IMG/VR virus record: IMGVR_UViG_3300037484_000250
Coordinates: 19,529 to 83,528 of that record
Reading direction: 5' to 3' (one strand)
DNA from: a virus
Taxonomy: Duplodnaviria; Caudoviricetes
Length of the DNA: 64,000 nt
In this document: piece by piece, positions 27,320 through 36,108 of the stretch
How positions within the stretch are numbered: the stretch's first letter is position 1
Layout of the letters: the number at the start of each line of letters is the position of its first letter
Position numbers and translations under genes: made by a program
The notes under the pieces: generated by a model
The model's input: the letters and a program-made list of their open reading frames with translations, nothing else
Told to the model about the DNA's origin: nothing
Database searches by the model: none

Positions 27320-28621
27320 GTGGGCAATGAGTATATTAAAAGGCCAATCTATTCAAATATGCTTAGGAATCTTCCATCAACTGACAGCTATTTATTTTCA
27401 GATGGAGATATTAATTTGCAACTGCGTTCCACGGCTGGGGTTACAAAAGTAAGCATATTAAATGCTTCAACAGTCGAAGTTGCTAGTATTAATTCTCTAG
27501 GAGTTGCAAGTTTTACTGGTCTTGCTGCCACAAGTGATTTTGATGTAACTGGAAGTTTTACTGTTAACACGGATGATTTTGTAGTTTCTGCAACATCTGA
27601 TATATCGATGAAACCTACTGGTGGAGATGTAAAGATCACATTAGGGGATGCAGCAGGAGCAAGGAAATTCTTCATCAAAGATTCAGCGAATAGTACTGTG
27701 GCAACGATTGATTCAGATGGTACGGCTACAGTGATTAAGTTAACGGCAAGTAGCGACATTTCGGGTCAGTCGGTGAGTGCAACAAGTAATCTTTCCAGCG
27801 TTAATTTAACAATTAACACGGATGATTTTGTAGTATCTGGAACATCAGATATATCAATGCTCCCCACTGGTGGAAATGTGAAGATCACATTAGGGGATGC
27901 TCTAGGTGCTAAAAAATTCTTCATCAAAGATTCAGCTAATAGTACAGTGGCAACTATCGATTCAGACGGTACAGCTACAGTCGTTAAATTGACAGCAAGC
28001 AGTGACATTTCCGGTCAATCGGTCAGCGCATCGAGTAATCTTTCAGGTGTTCACCTTGCAGCAACATCCGATGCAGCGATCACTGGTGCATTAACAGCAC
28101 GGTCTGTTTCTTCATCGAGTAATCTTTCAGGTGCTCACCTTGCAGCAACATCCGATGCAGCGATCACTGGTGCATTAACAGCGAGGAGTGTTTCTTCATC
28201 GAGCAATCTTTCAGGTGCTCATGTGACAGCAAGTTCTAATTTCGTAGCTACTGGTTTTGTGCAAGGTGGAGGTTTTGTTGATTCTTATCTTGCTAAAACT
28301 ACGGCAACGGTAGGAACGGCTATTCCTAATAAAGGACTCACGTCGTTGGCACAAGTAAACACGACCCAAGTAACATGGACGTTGGAAGATCCTACGGCAG
28401 CAGGATTTCTTAAAACAATTTTCGTGCTTAGTCAAATTGGTACTACGGCAAGAACTTTCATATTACCAGCATCGACAAAGACAGTTTTCTCTTCATCTCA
28501 AGGATCTACAGGTAGAAAAATTACATTCGATGTTGCAAGAGAAGCGGTTTCCATGGTGAGTGCATCGACAACTACATGGCTAGTTTATAATAGCCAATTC
28601 GGTGCATTTGGATCATCATAA
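27320..28621 (+). CDS. Ser/Thr/Ala-rich putative capsid fibre/decoration protein with internal repeats
   Basis: Two 83-aa repeats (249-bp offset, 27566/27815) and ~2.3 copies of a 28-aa repeat (84 bp; 28031, 28115, 28199). Confidence 0.6.
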   Translation: MGNEYIKRPIYSNMLRNLPSTDSYLFSDGDINLQLRSTAGVTKVSILNASTVEVASINSLGVASFTGLAATSDFDVTGSFTVNTDDFVVSATSDISMKPTGGDVKITLGDAAGARKFFIKDSANSTVATIDSDGTATVIKLTASSDISGQSVSATSNLSSVNLTINTDDFVVSGTSDISMLPTGGNVKITLGDALGAKKFFIKDSANSTVATIDSDGTATVVKLTASSDISGQSVSASSNLSGVHLAATSDAAITGALTARSVSSSSNLSGAHLAATSDAAITGALTARSVSSSSNLSGAHVTASSNFVATGFVQGGGFVDSYLAKTTATVGTAIPNKGLTSLAQVNTTQVTWTLEDPTAAGFLKTIFVLSQIGTTARTFILPASTKTVFSSSQGSTGRKITFDVAREAVSMVSASTTTWLVYNSQFGAFGSS

Positions 28622-28706
28622 ATATTAGATCTATGATATAGGATCAGTCTAAAAGATATAAGGGAGGGATAAGGGCAATCCTTCGGGGGGAGATGCCCAT
28701 TTATTT

Positions 28707-29612
28707 ATGAGTGAAAACCAAGTTAAAGAACAAGTTGAAACGGTAGAAATTTCCAATGTAGCGGTTCAGCAACCATGTGATGTATCAAAATATGTGGCTG
28801 TTAAAGAAGAGATATTGGAATTTAAAAGGTATTCTGATAGTGTTATGATTTTAGGATTTGCACCGGATAGTTTAAAGTATGCCCCACTTGATGCGAATAA
28901 TATTGACATATGGGCTTTAAATGAGCTTTACATGGATAAGCCGAAAATTGCTATACGAGCGACAGCGTGGTTTCAACTTCATGGATATGAACCTCCAAAG
29001 ATTAGAGATGCACAACAAGTTAAGAATCTATCATTTTTAAAATGTCCAATAATTATGTGGCGGAAACATCCTAATATTCCAAATTCTATTGAATATCCGT
29101 TAAGGGAAATTCTCGAAGAATTTGATATTTATGGGGATGATATGGCCCTCGATCAACCGGACGTTAGGACTAGGGTATATTTTACGAATAGTATTTCTTG
29201 GATGATAGCTCTTGCAATAAAGATGGGTTATAAAGATATCCAGATCTATGGTGTAAACATGGCGCAAGACCAAGAATTTCAACATCAAAGACCAAGTTGT
29301 GAATTCTTTTTAGGCTGGGCAAGAGGAAAGGGAATCAAGATATATAAACCACCAGTTTCGGATTTGCTCTTGACTCCTTATTTATATGGCTATGATGATG
29401 CTACTGCATACATGCAAAAGCTAGAGGCCCGGCGGATTGAACTCATCGAAAGAGTTGAAGGGACGAGAAGACAAAGGATCTCATTCCAAGAACAATCGAA
29501 TCAGCAATTACAAGCAGAACAGAATTTACTTGGTGCGCTGCATGATGTCGAATATATTATGAGACTTGGAAATCCAGTTAAGTTAGATGAATTTTCTAAG
29601 CCAAAGGGGTGA
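28707..29612 (+). CDS. Putative sialyltransferase-like (CstII/GT42- or Maf-like) glycosyltransferase
   Basis: VMILGFAPDSL...DIWALNELY...WFQLH...TNSISWMIALAIKMGYKDIQIYGVNM parallels the CstII layout VIIAGNGPSL...DVFRCNQFY...TSGVYMCAVAIALGYKEIYLSGIDF. Confidence 0.55.
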   Translation: MSENQVKEQVETVEISNVAVQQPCDVSKYVAVKEEILEFKRYSDSVMILGFAPDSLKYAPLDANNIDIWALNELYMDKPKIAIRATAWFQLHGYEPPKIRDAQQVKNLSFLKCPIIMWRKHPNIPNSIEYPLREILEEFDIYGDDMALDQPDVRTRVYFTNSISWMIALAIKMGYKDIQIYGVNMAQDQEFQHQRPSCEFFLGWARGKGIKIYKPPVSDLLLTPYLYGYDDATAYMQKLEARRIELIERVEGTRRQRISFQEQSNQQLQAEQNLLGALHDVEYIMRLGNPVKLDEFSKPKG

Positions 29613-29872
29613 TCACCTTGAGTGATTTATATTATCTCGTATTAAGAAATGGATATAGATTCAATGATCTTATTTTGAAAGCGGGAGAAATTTATACGTC
29701 GGCTGATTTCGAAGAAGTTCATGAGCAAAGAAAAGTCGCCTTAGTTCTTGGCAGAATCATTTATCGAGGATCGTCAGAGGAGGTTAAAAATAAGAGGGAA
29801 AAACTGTTTGGGATAATAGAAATTCCAGAAGAAGAATCAAAGGGTGAATCAAAGAAGAAGACGGCTAAATAG
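29609..29872 (+). CDS. Hypothetical head-module protein
   Basis: 87 aa ORF coupled to the upstream stop (GTGA). Confidence 0.5.
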   Translation: MITLSDLYYLVLRNGYRFNDLILKAGEIYTSADFEEVHEQRKVALVLGRIIYRGSSEEVKNKREKLFGIIEIPEEESKGESKKKTAK

Positions 29873-29881
29873 CCGTCTTCC

Positions 29882-30337
29882 TTGCTTAGGGAGGTGTTTC
29901 ACATCACATGGAGTTACCAAGGCTATCCGGCTGATAATCTCAAGGACGAGGTCAGATTTCTTGTAAGGGATACAAATTCAAGTGACCAGTTATTAAGTGA
30001 TGAGGAAATCTATTATTTGCTTACTATTTTCCCAAACCCTTTGGCATCGGCTGCAATGGCGTGTGAAACTCTTGCTAGTAAATTTGCAAGGGATGCATCC
30101 GAAAAGTCGGTCGGTGATCTAAAGATAAATCTGGTTGAAAAAGGAAAAGCATTTAGTGATCAAGCATCAAGGTTATGGATTCTTTCAAAATTATATCGAG
30201 GAAGACCTCAAGTCTATGCGGGCGGAATTTCCGTAGCAGATAAACAGAGTCAGGAACAAAATAGTGACCGCGTTACACCGGATTTCTACCGTCATATGAA
30301 TGACTTCCCGGGTACTCAAACAGGTTCATCTAGCTAA
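29882..30337 (+). CDS. Head-tail adaptor/connector protein
   Basis: DEVRFLVRDT...LLSDEEIYYLL...AAMACE...SVGDLKI; operon position. Confidence 0.7.
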   Translation: MLREVFHITWSYQGYPADNLKDEVRFLVRDTNSSDQLLSDEEIYYLLTIFPNPLASAAMACETLASKFARDASEKSVGDLKINLVEKGKAFSDQASRLWILSKLYRGRPQVYAGGISVADKQSQEQNSDRVTPDFYRHMNDFPGTQTGSSS

Positions 30338-30353
30338 AAGGGGCTGTTAACAA

Positions 30354-30698
30354 ATGAGTTTTGAACCTGAATTTCTTGATTTCATGAAAGATACGTTGAT
30401 TAAAAATGTAAGGACAGGATATACGGCGTATGGTGCACCTACTTATTCAACAGGGACAACTAGTTATAGGTGCAGGATCGTTAAGATCCATGAGACGTTC
30501 ACGATGGATAATGGTGCAGAAAGTTTGCTTGAAAATCTTGTTTATTTAGCATCAACGGACACTTTTGATCCAGAAGATAGATTCACATTTCCAGATGGAT
30601 CAACCCCCATTTTAGAAGTTATCGCTGCATACCCAGATGAGGATGGCCCTTATCACCATTTGCAATTGAAATTCGGTAATAGGTCGGGGAGGGTGTAA
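30354..30698 (+). CDS. Head closure/stopper protein
   Basis: GYTAYGAPTY...YRCRI; size and position. Confidence 0.6.
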   Translation: MSFEPEFLDFMKDTLIKNVRTGYTAYGAPTYSTGTTSYRCRIVKIHETFTMDNGAESLLENLVYLASTDTFDPEDRFTFPDGSTPILEVIAAYPDEDGPYHHLQLKFGNRSGRV

Positions 30699-31100
30699 AT
30701 GGCTAGAGGAATAACTTTTACATTCACTGGAATCAATGAGACGATTCTTAATTTGAATAGAATGTCGGTTGAATTGATGCCAATTATAGCGGGTGCTTTA
30801 AATCAAGAGCATGAAACAATAATGACGATGGCGAAGGAAAGGACTCCCGTTCTTACAGGAGCATTAAGGTCTTCGGGTCATATTGTTCAACCTCGTATCA
30901 CGGGGAGAACAGTTAAAAGTCTTGGAGCATTCGGAGGGACAGCAGCACCTTATGCAGTAAGGGTTCATGAGAATCTATCTGCATTTCATTCGAATGGTCG
31001 TTCCAAGTTTTATGAGAGTGCTTCATTGGAACGGAAGAGTAAAGTTAAGATTACGATTAAAGGTGCTATCTCTAGATACTTAGCATCTAGGGCTATATAA
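30699..31100 (+). CDS. HK97 gp10-family neck protein
   Basis: AKERTPVLTGALRSS...APYAVRVHE. Confidence 0.8.
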   Translation: MARGITFTFTGINETILNLNRMSVELMPIIAGALNQEHETIMTMAKERTPVLTGALRSSGHIVQPRITGRTVKSLGAFGGTAAPYAVRVHENLSAFHSNGRSKFYESASLERKSKVKITIKGAISRYLASRAI

Positions 31101-31116
31101 GGAAGGTGAATGGACA

Positions 31117-31533
31117 ATGTTATTGGATGAGGTTGCTAAACACCTTCAACTAAATTCTATTGGAACGGTTGGTACGAATATTTTTAAATCGTATTCTCCT
31201 AATTTACCGGATACTCTTTTATGCGTTTATGAGACTGGTGGGTTTAGACCGCAGGATAGTTTCGGATCGACATGTGAAGCAGTGTGGGAAAATCCTAGAA
31301 TTCAAATAGTGTCAAGGTCTACTGATTATGAGGTAGCTAGAAACAAGGCGGAGGATGCTTATAGAGTTTTGATTAGGGTAACAAATGAAGTTTTAAAAGC
31401 TTCAAGTTCTGACGCTGGGACTTTTTATCTAAGAATAAATGCTATTCAATCCCCTTTCAGGATGGGAGTAGATGAAAATTCTAGGAATTTGGTAGCTTGT
31501 AACTTCGATGTCATGAAGTCATTCTCTACTTAA
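31117..31533 (+). CDS. Tail terminator (minor capsid-like) protein
   Basis: VYETGG...PRIQIVSRSTDYEVA...QSPF.MGVDEN.R..VACNF. Confidence 0.75.
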   Translation: MLLDEVAKHLQLNSIGTVGTNIFKSYSPNLPDTLLCVYETGGFRPQDSFGSTCEAVWENPRIQIVSRSTDYEVARNKAEDAYRVLIRVTNEVLKASSSDAGTFYLRINAIQSPFRMGVDENSRNLVACNFDVMKSFST

Positions 31534-31554
31534 AAAGGAAGGAGGGGGTAGGAT

Positions 31555-32262
31555 TTGGCAACTCATGGTAAGCATGCAAGGACATATATTAATGGATTTG
31601 ATTTGAGTGCTTATCTAAATAGTTTTGGAGTAGCACAAACGGCGGATACAGCAGAAACTAGTGTATTTAGTTCTAGCGACAAAACTTATGTAGTAGGACT
31701 TAGAGATGCGACAGTATCGGCAGAAGGATTTTTTGCGGGTAGTACATTCGAATCTGATTATGTCTTTGATCAAGTTTTAGGATCGACAAATATATGGTCA
31801 TATTATCCGGCTGGGCCAGCACTTAGTAATGCTGGATATGGTATTAAGTCAATCGAAAATTCTTATGAAATAATGAGTCCTATTGATGGTGTTGTTTCTG
31901 TTACTGTTGAAGGTCAAGCAATATTAGGAGCAGACAGAATTCTATCACACCATGACCTTATTGCAGAAAGTACTACTGGCAGTGAAACATCTATTGATGC
32001 AACTGCTTCGAGTACGAAAGGTGCAACTGGTTATTTACAAGTAACAGGATTTACGTTGGGACAAACTGCTCAAATTGTAATCGAAGAATCTTCAGCAGGA
32101 ACGTCATGGGCGACACTAATATCATTTTCATCCGGTGGAAGTATAGGTGCTCAAAGGGCTATTTCGTCAAGTGGGACAGTTAAACGTTTCACTAGGGCAG
32201 CATGGACTGTGTCATCTAGTAGCGGATCAGTGACATTTAATGTCGGCATGAAAAGAAGATAA
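31555..32262 (+). CDS. Tail tube-like protein 1 with S/T-rich C-terminal extension
   Basis: ADTAETSVFSSSDKTYVVGLRDATVSAEG; paralog of the next gene. Confidence 0.7.
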   Translation: MATHGKHARTYINGFDLSAYLNSFGVAQTADTAETSVFSSSDKTYVVGLRDATVSAEGFFAGSTFESDYVFDQVLGSTNIWSYYPAGPALSNAGYGIKSIENSYEIMSPIDGVVSVTVEGQAILGADRILSHHDLIAESTTGSETSIDATASSTKGATGYLQVTGFTLGQTAQIVIEESSAGTSWATLISFSSGGSIGAQRAISSSGTVKRFTRAAWTVSSSSGSVTFNVGMKRR

Positions 32263-32281
32263 TTGGAAGGAGTTGTTTTAA

Positions 32282-32695
32282 TTGGCTGTTCATGGTAAAA
32301 ATGCGGGATTTTCAATTACAGATACTGGCGGAACTCCTAGATTATTGAATTGTTGGATTACGAGTGTTTCGTTTCCGAGAACAAATGACACGGTTGAAAC
32401 TTCTGTTTTCTGTAGTTCGGCAAAAGAATATATTGCTGGGCTTAGAGATGCGACTATATCTATTGAAGGGATATGGTCAACAACGCCAGACCAATATTTA
32501 AGTGGAATACTTGGAACATCTGCAGCATTTGCATATTATCCCGGGACTACAGCGCCAGTCGCTGGTAAATATGCGAAGTATACAGGTAATTGTTTTGAGA
32601 CGAGCTATGAAGTGCCGACTGCGATCGATGCTGCAGCTACATTCACGGCTGAATTTCAAGTGACAGGGTTAGTTACGAGGTCAACGGTGGCATAA
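32282..32695 (+). CDS. Tail tube protein 2
   Basis: DTVETSVFCSSAKEYIAGLRDATISIEG...FTAEFQVTG. Confidence 0.75.
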   Translation: MAVHGKNAGFSITDTGGTPRLLNCWITSVSFPRTNDTVETSVFCSSAKEYIAGLRDATISIEGIWSTTPDQYLSGILGTSAAFAYYPGTTAPVAGKYAKYTGNCFETSYEVPTAIDAAATFTAEFQVTGLVTRSTVA

Positions 32696-32729
32696 GTTTT
32701 TTTAAAAAATTTGGTGGGGGGATATTTAT

Positions 32730-33080
32730 ATGGGAAAGAAAAGGTTATCGGCAGTAGAAATCTTGGCAGTTTCAAATTTGCAAGAAAAAGAAATCGAAAT
32801 ACCTCAGTGGGATGGGAATGTAATGATCCGGGAATTCAGCAAAGCGAAACAACAGCAAATTAGAAAAGAAGCGACGATGTCAGATGTTATTGATGTTGAT
32901 AAACTTGAATTATTAATGTTCATCCATGGAGTAATAGATCCAGTGTTTTCGGAACAAGATTATTATAGTTTGCGGGAAAAATCTGCGGTAGCAATTGATG
33001 CAGTTTTAAAAGAAATTATGGCTATATCGGGATTGAATGAGACAGCCATAAAAGAAGCGGAGAAACAGTTTCGCCCTTGA
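32730..33080 (+). CDS. Tail assembly chaperone (G)
   Basis: EIEIPQWDGNVMIREFS; between tube and tape measure genes. Confidence 0.75.
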   Translation: MGKKRLSAVEILAVSNLQEKEIEIPQWDGNVMIREFSKAKQQQIRKEATMSDVIDVDKLELLMFIHGVIDPVFSEQDYYSLREKSAVAIDAVLKEIMAISGLNETAIKEAEKQFRP

Positions 33081-33249
33081 TGCAGATTTTAGATTCGAAT
33101 TTATGTTAGCAAGAGATTTAGGTATGACTGTAGGCGAAATAAGAAGAACGATGAGTACGACTGAATTTTATCAATGGACAGCATTTTATTCTTATGAACA
33201 GAAGATGAGAAAAGCAGAAGAAGCAAAGGCAAAGGGTAGGAGAAGATAA
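33076..33249 (+). CDS. Tail assembly chaperone frameshift extension (GT)
   Basis: The +1 frame reads LDADFRFEFMLARDLGMTVGEIRRTMSTTEFYQWTAFY...* and is reachable via TTT_CGC at 33069-74. Confidence 0.65.
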   Translation, partial: LDADFRFEFMLARDLGMTVGEIRRTMSTTEFYQWTAFYSYEQKMRKAEEAKAKGRRR

Positions 33250-33336
33250 ATCTTTCAATCTTTAATTAGATTTGGAGGGTTTATCTTTTTTCGGAATTAA
33301 AGTTCTTTTGAAAGTGACGAAAGTTGGTGGTGATTC

Positions 33337-36108
33337 ATGGCACTGACTGTAGATGAAATAAATGTTGTATTAGGTGCGGATATTTCTGGATTTCAAAGAC
33401 AGATGGGGGCAGCTAGTTCAACCATACAGGGATTAGGTGGATTTGCAGCTAAGGCGGGAACGGCCCTAACTTTAGGGGTGACAGCTCCTATACTCGCGAT
33501 GGGTAAGGCATCGGTCGATGCTGCGAGTAATTTTAATCAAAGTATGGCAGATATTAGGGCATTGACTGGTGCGACAGGAACAACGATGGAAGAATTATCT
33601 GCACTTGCTTTAAAGATGGGCCAAGATACAATGTTTTCTGCTACGGAAGCATCGGCTGGAATGCTTGAATTGTTGAAATCTGGACTCAGTGTTGAAGAAG
33701 TTATGGGTGGAGGTTTAAAAGGTGCATTAGATTTGGCTCAGGCTGGTGGAATAGGGTTAGCGGATGCTGCAATAGTCGGTTCGACGGCATTAAATGCATT
33801 TAAAAATGACGGGCTTAGTATGTCAGACGCTGCAGATATATTAGCTGGGGCGGCTAATGCGTCGGCTGCAGATGTTGCAAGTTTATCTTTGGGATTATCT
33901 CAAGCGTCAGCAGTGGCAGCAGGGGTTGGGTTATCATTTGAAGATACTTCGGCAGCATTGGCTTTATTTGCAAATAATGGCTTAAAAGGCAGTGATGCAG
34001 GGACATCATTAAAAACTATGTTATTGAATTTACAACCAACTACTAAAGAACAAATTGCATTATTTGATAAATTAGGACTTACGACGGCAGAGGGAACGAG
34101 TGCATTTTTTGATCAACAGGGTAAATTAAAGAGTCTTTCTGAGATTGCTGGGTTGTTACAAGGATCATTAAGTGGAATGACAGATGCCCAAAAATTATCA
34201 ACATTGGAAACTATATTTGGATCTGATGCAATTAGAGCAGCTAATATTATTTTTAAAGAAGGTTCTGATGGAGTTAAGAAGTTAAAAGATCAAATGGCAA
34301 ATGTATCGGCAGAAGAAGTTGCTAAAGCTAGGATGGACAGCTTCAAGGGTTCAGTAGATGAAATGAAAGGTTCTTTAGAAACTGCAGGAATTATAATTGG
34401 TAATAAAATATTACCGGTTCTTGAAAAATTGGCTGGATTAGTAAAAGGTGTTGCAGATTGGTTTGTAAAGCTTAATCCAGATGTCCAAAATACCATTTTA
34501 ATATTTCTTGGAGTAGCTGCGGCAATAGGGCCAGTATTATTGATAATTGCTGGGGTATCAGCACTTATTTCCCTCTTGATACCAGTAGCAGCATTGCTTG
34601 GTACAACAATAGGGGTATTAATGGCTGCATTTTTAATAGTTCCTCTTGCGATCGCAGCAGTTATTGCTATAGGTGTTATCTTGTACAAACATTGGGATGA
34701 AATAAAAGCATTTGCTATAAAGACTTGGGGAGCAATTACTCAGTTTATAACAGGATTCCTTGTAAGCATTGGTACTTCTATTAGTGGTTTTATTGAACGG
34801 GCAAAAAATTACTTTCATGATTTTGTTGAAAGTATAAAGAATGGTTTTGCTCAAATACCAGTTGTTATTAATGATGCTAAAGATAAGATATGGGCGTTTA
34901 TTGTGAGCATTGGGGAATTCTTTAAATCGATACCGGGGTTAGTAAGTGAAACGGTTAAGAGTATTGGAAAGTTTTTCAGTGATGGTTGGGATAATATTAT
35001 TAAGGTTGTTTCTGAATTTATCCCGAAACTAGGCACTATGATATTAGATTTTTTGGTGAAACTTGCTTATAACTTCGGTTATGCATTAGGAACAATTGTA
35101 AAATTCTTTATAGAACTTCCCGGAAGAATTATAGGGGCAGTAACAGAGTTAATATCAATGATAGTAACATTTTTTAGTGAATTGCCCGGTAAAGTATCTA
35201 TTATATTACAAAATTTATGGCAAGCAATTTCAGATAAATGGGCAGCAGTTAGAGCTAATACAGTGGCTTGGCTTGCTATAGTTGTGAGTACTGTTGTTAA
35301 TTTTTTTCAGGAACTGCCCGGTAATGTATCGCGAATTCTTCAAAATTTATGGCAAGCAATTTCAGATAAATGGGCAGCAGTTAAAACTAATACAGTGGCT
35401 TGGTGGGGAATTATCGTTGAGCAAATTGCTAATTTTGTCAGGAATTTGCCCGCGACAATATCTGGCATATTACAGAATGTATGGCAGACAATATCTGATA
35501 AATGGGCTGCGGTTAAGACAAATACAGTTGCTTGGTGGGGGATAATTGTCGGTGCGATCAAAACTACAGCAGGAGGAATTTATGATGGAATTGTTAATGC
35601 GTTAAGAAGTGTTCCGGCTGCATTTTCTGATATAATCAATTCAATCTGGTCATATATAACTAGCCAATATCACAGATTATATAGTGCTGCTTCTAATATT
35701 GCATCTGGATTTTGGCAAGGATTCAAGGATGCTCTTGGATGGCATTCTCCTTCGTATATGGAAGAAATATTTATAGCAATGAGTGATAGGATCAAGGGAA
35801 CATTGTCTGACTTAAAAAGTTCTGTACCTGCATATAGTGCAGCTGCAAAAGGAATCTCTAATGCATTCACTAAAAATACTGGATTAATGACAGGTATTCC
35901 AATGACCTCTGCTACATCAATGACAGCACCAATACAAACTCCTATACCAACTTCATATGCAGAGGAAGGTACAGGGAACGGAAATTCAGGTGGCGTTCAA
36001 GTTAGTGTGGCTCAATTAGTAGTAAGAGAAGAAGCAGATATTTTAAAGATAGCACAACAGTTATACAGATTACAAAAAGATAGGACTAGGGGAAGGGGGA
36101 CACGATAA
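33337..36108 (+). CDS. Tape measure protein (TP901 family)
   Basis: 923 aa; FNQSMADIRALTG, MFSATEASAGM, GLKGSDAGTSLKTM; Trp-containing 44-aa repeats near 35179-35540. Confidence 0.92.
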   Translation: MALTVDEINVVLGADISGFQRQMGAASSTIQGLGGFAAKAGTALTLGVTAPILAMGKASVDAASNFNQSMADIRALTGATGTTMEELSALALKMGQDTMFSATEASAGMLELLKSGLSVEEVMGGGLKGALDLAQAGGIGLADAAIVGSTALNAFKNDGLSMSDAADILAGAANASAADVASLSLGLSQASAVAAGVGLSFEDTSAALALFANNGLKGSDAGTSLKTMLLNLQPTTKEQIALFDKLGLTTAEGTSAFFDQQGKLKSLSEIAGLLQGSLSGMTDAQKLSTLETIFGSDAIRAANIIFKEGSDGVKKLKDQMANVSAEEVAKARMDSFKGSVDEMKGSLETAGIIIGNKILPVLEKLAGLVKGVADWFVKLNPDVQNTILIFLGVAAAIGPVLLIIAGVSALISLLIPVAALLGTTIGVLMAAFLIVPLAIAAVIAIGVILYKHWDEIKAFAIKTWGAITQFITGFLVSIGTSISGFIERAKNYFHDFVESIKNGFAQIPVVINDAKDKIWAFIVSIGEFFKSIPGLVSETVKSIGKFFSDGWDNIIKVVSEFIPKLGTMILDFLVKLAYNFGYALGTIVKFFIELPGRIIGAVTELISMIVTFFSELPGKVSIILQNLWQAISDKWAAVRANTVAWLAIVVSTVVNFFQELPGNVSRILQNLWQAISDKWAAVKTNTVAWWGIIVEQIANFVRNLPATISGILQNVWQTISDKWAAVKTNTVAWWGIIVGAIKTTAGGIYDGIVNALRSVPAAFSDIINSIWSYITSQYHRLYSAASNIASGFWQGFKDALGWHSPSYMEEIFIAMSDRIKGTLSDLKSSVPAYSAAAKGISNAFTKNTGLMTGIPMTSATSMTAPIQTPIPTSYAEEGTGNGNSGGVQVSVAQLVVREEADILKIAQQLYRLQKDRTRGRGTR

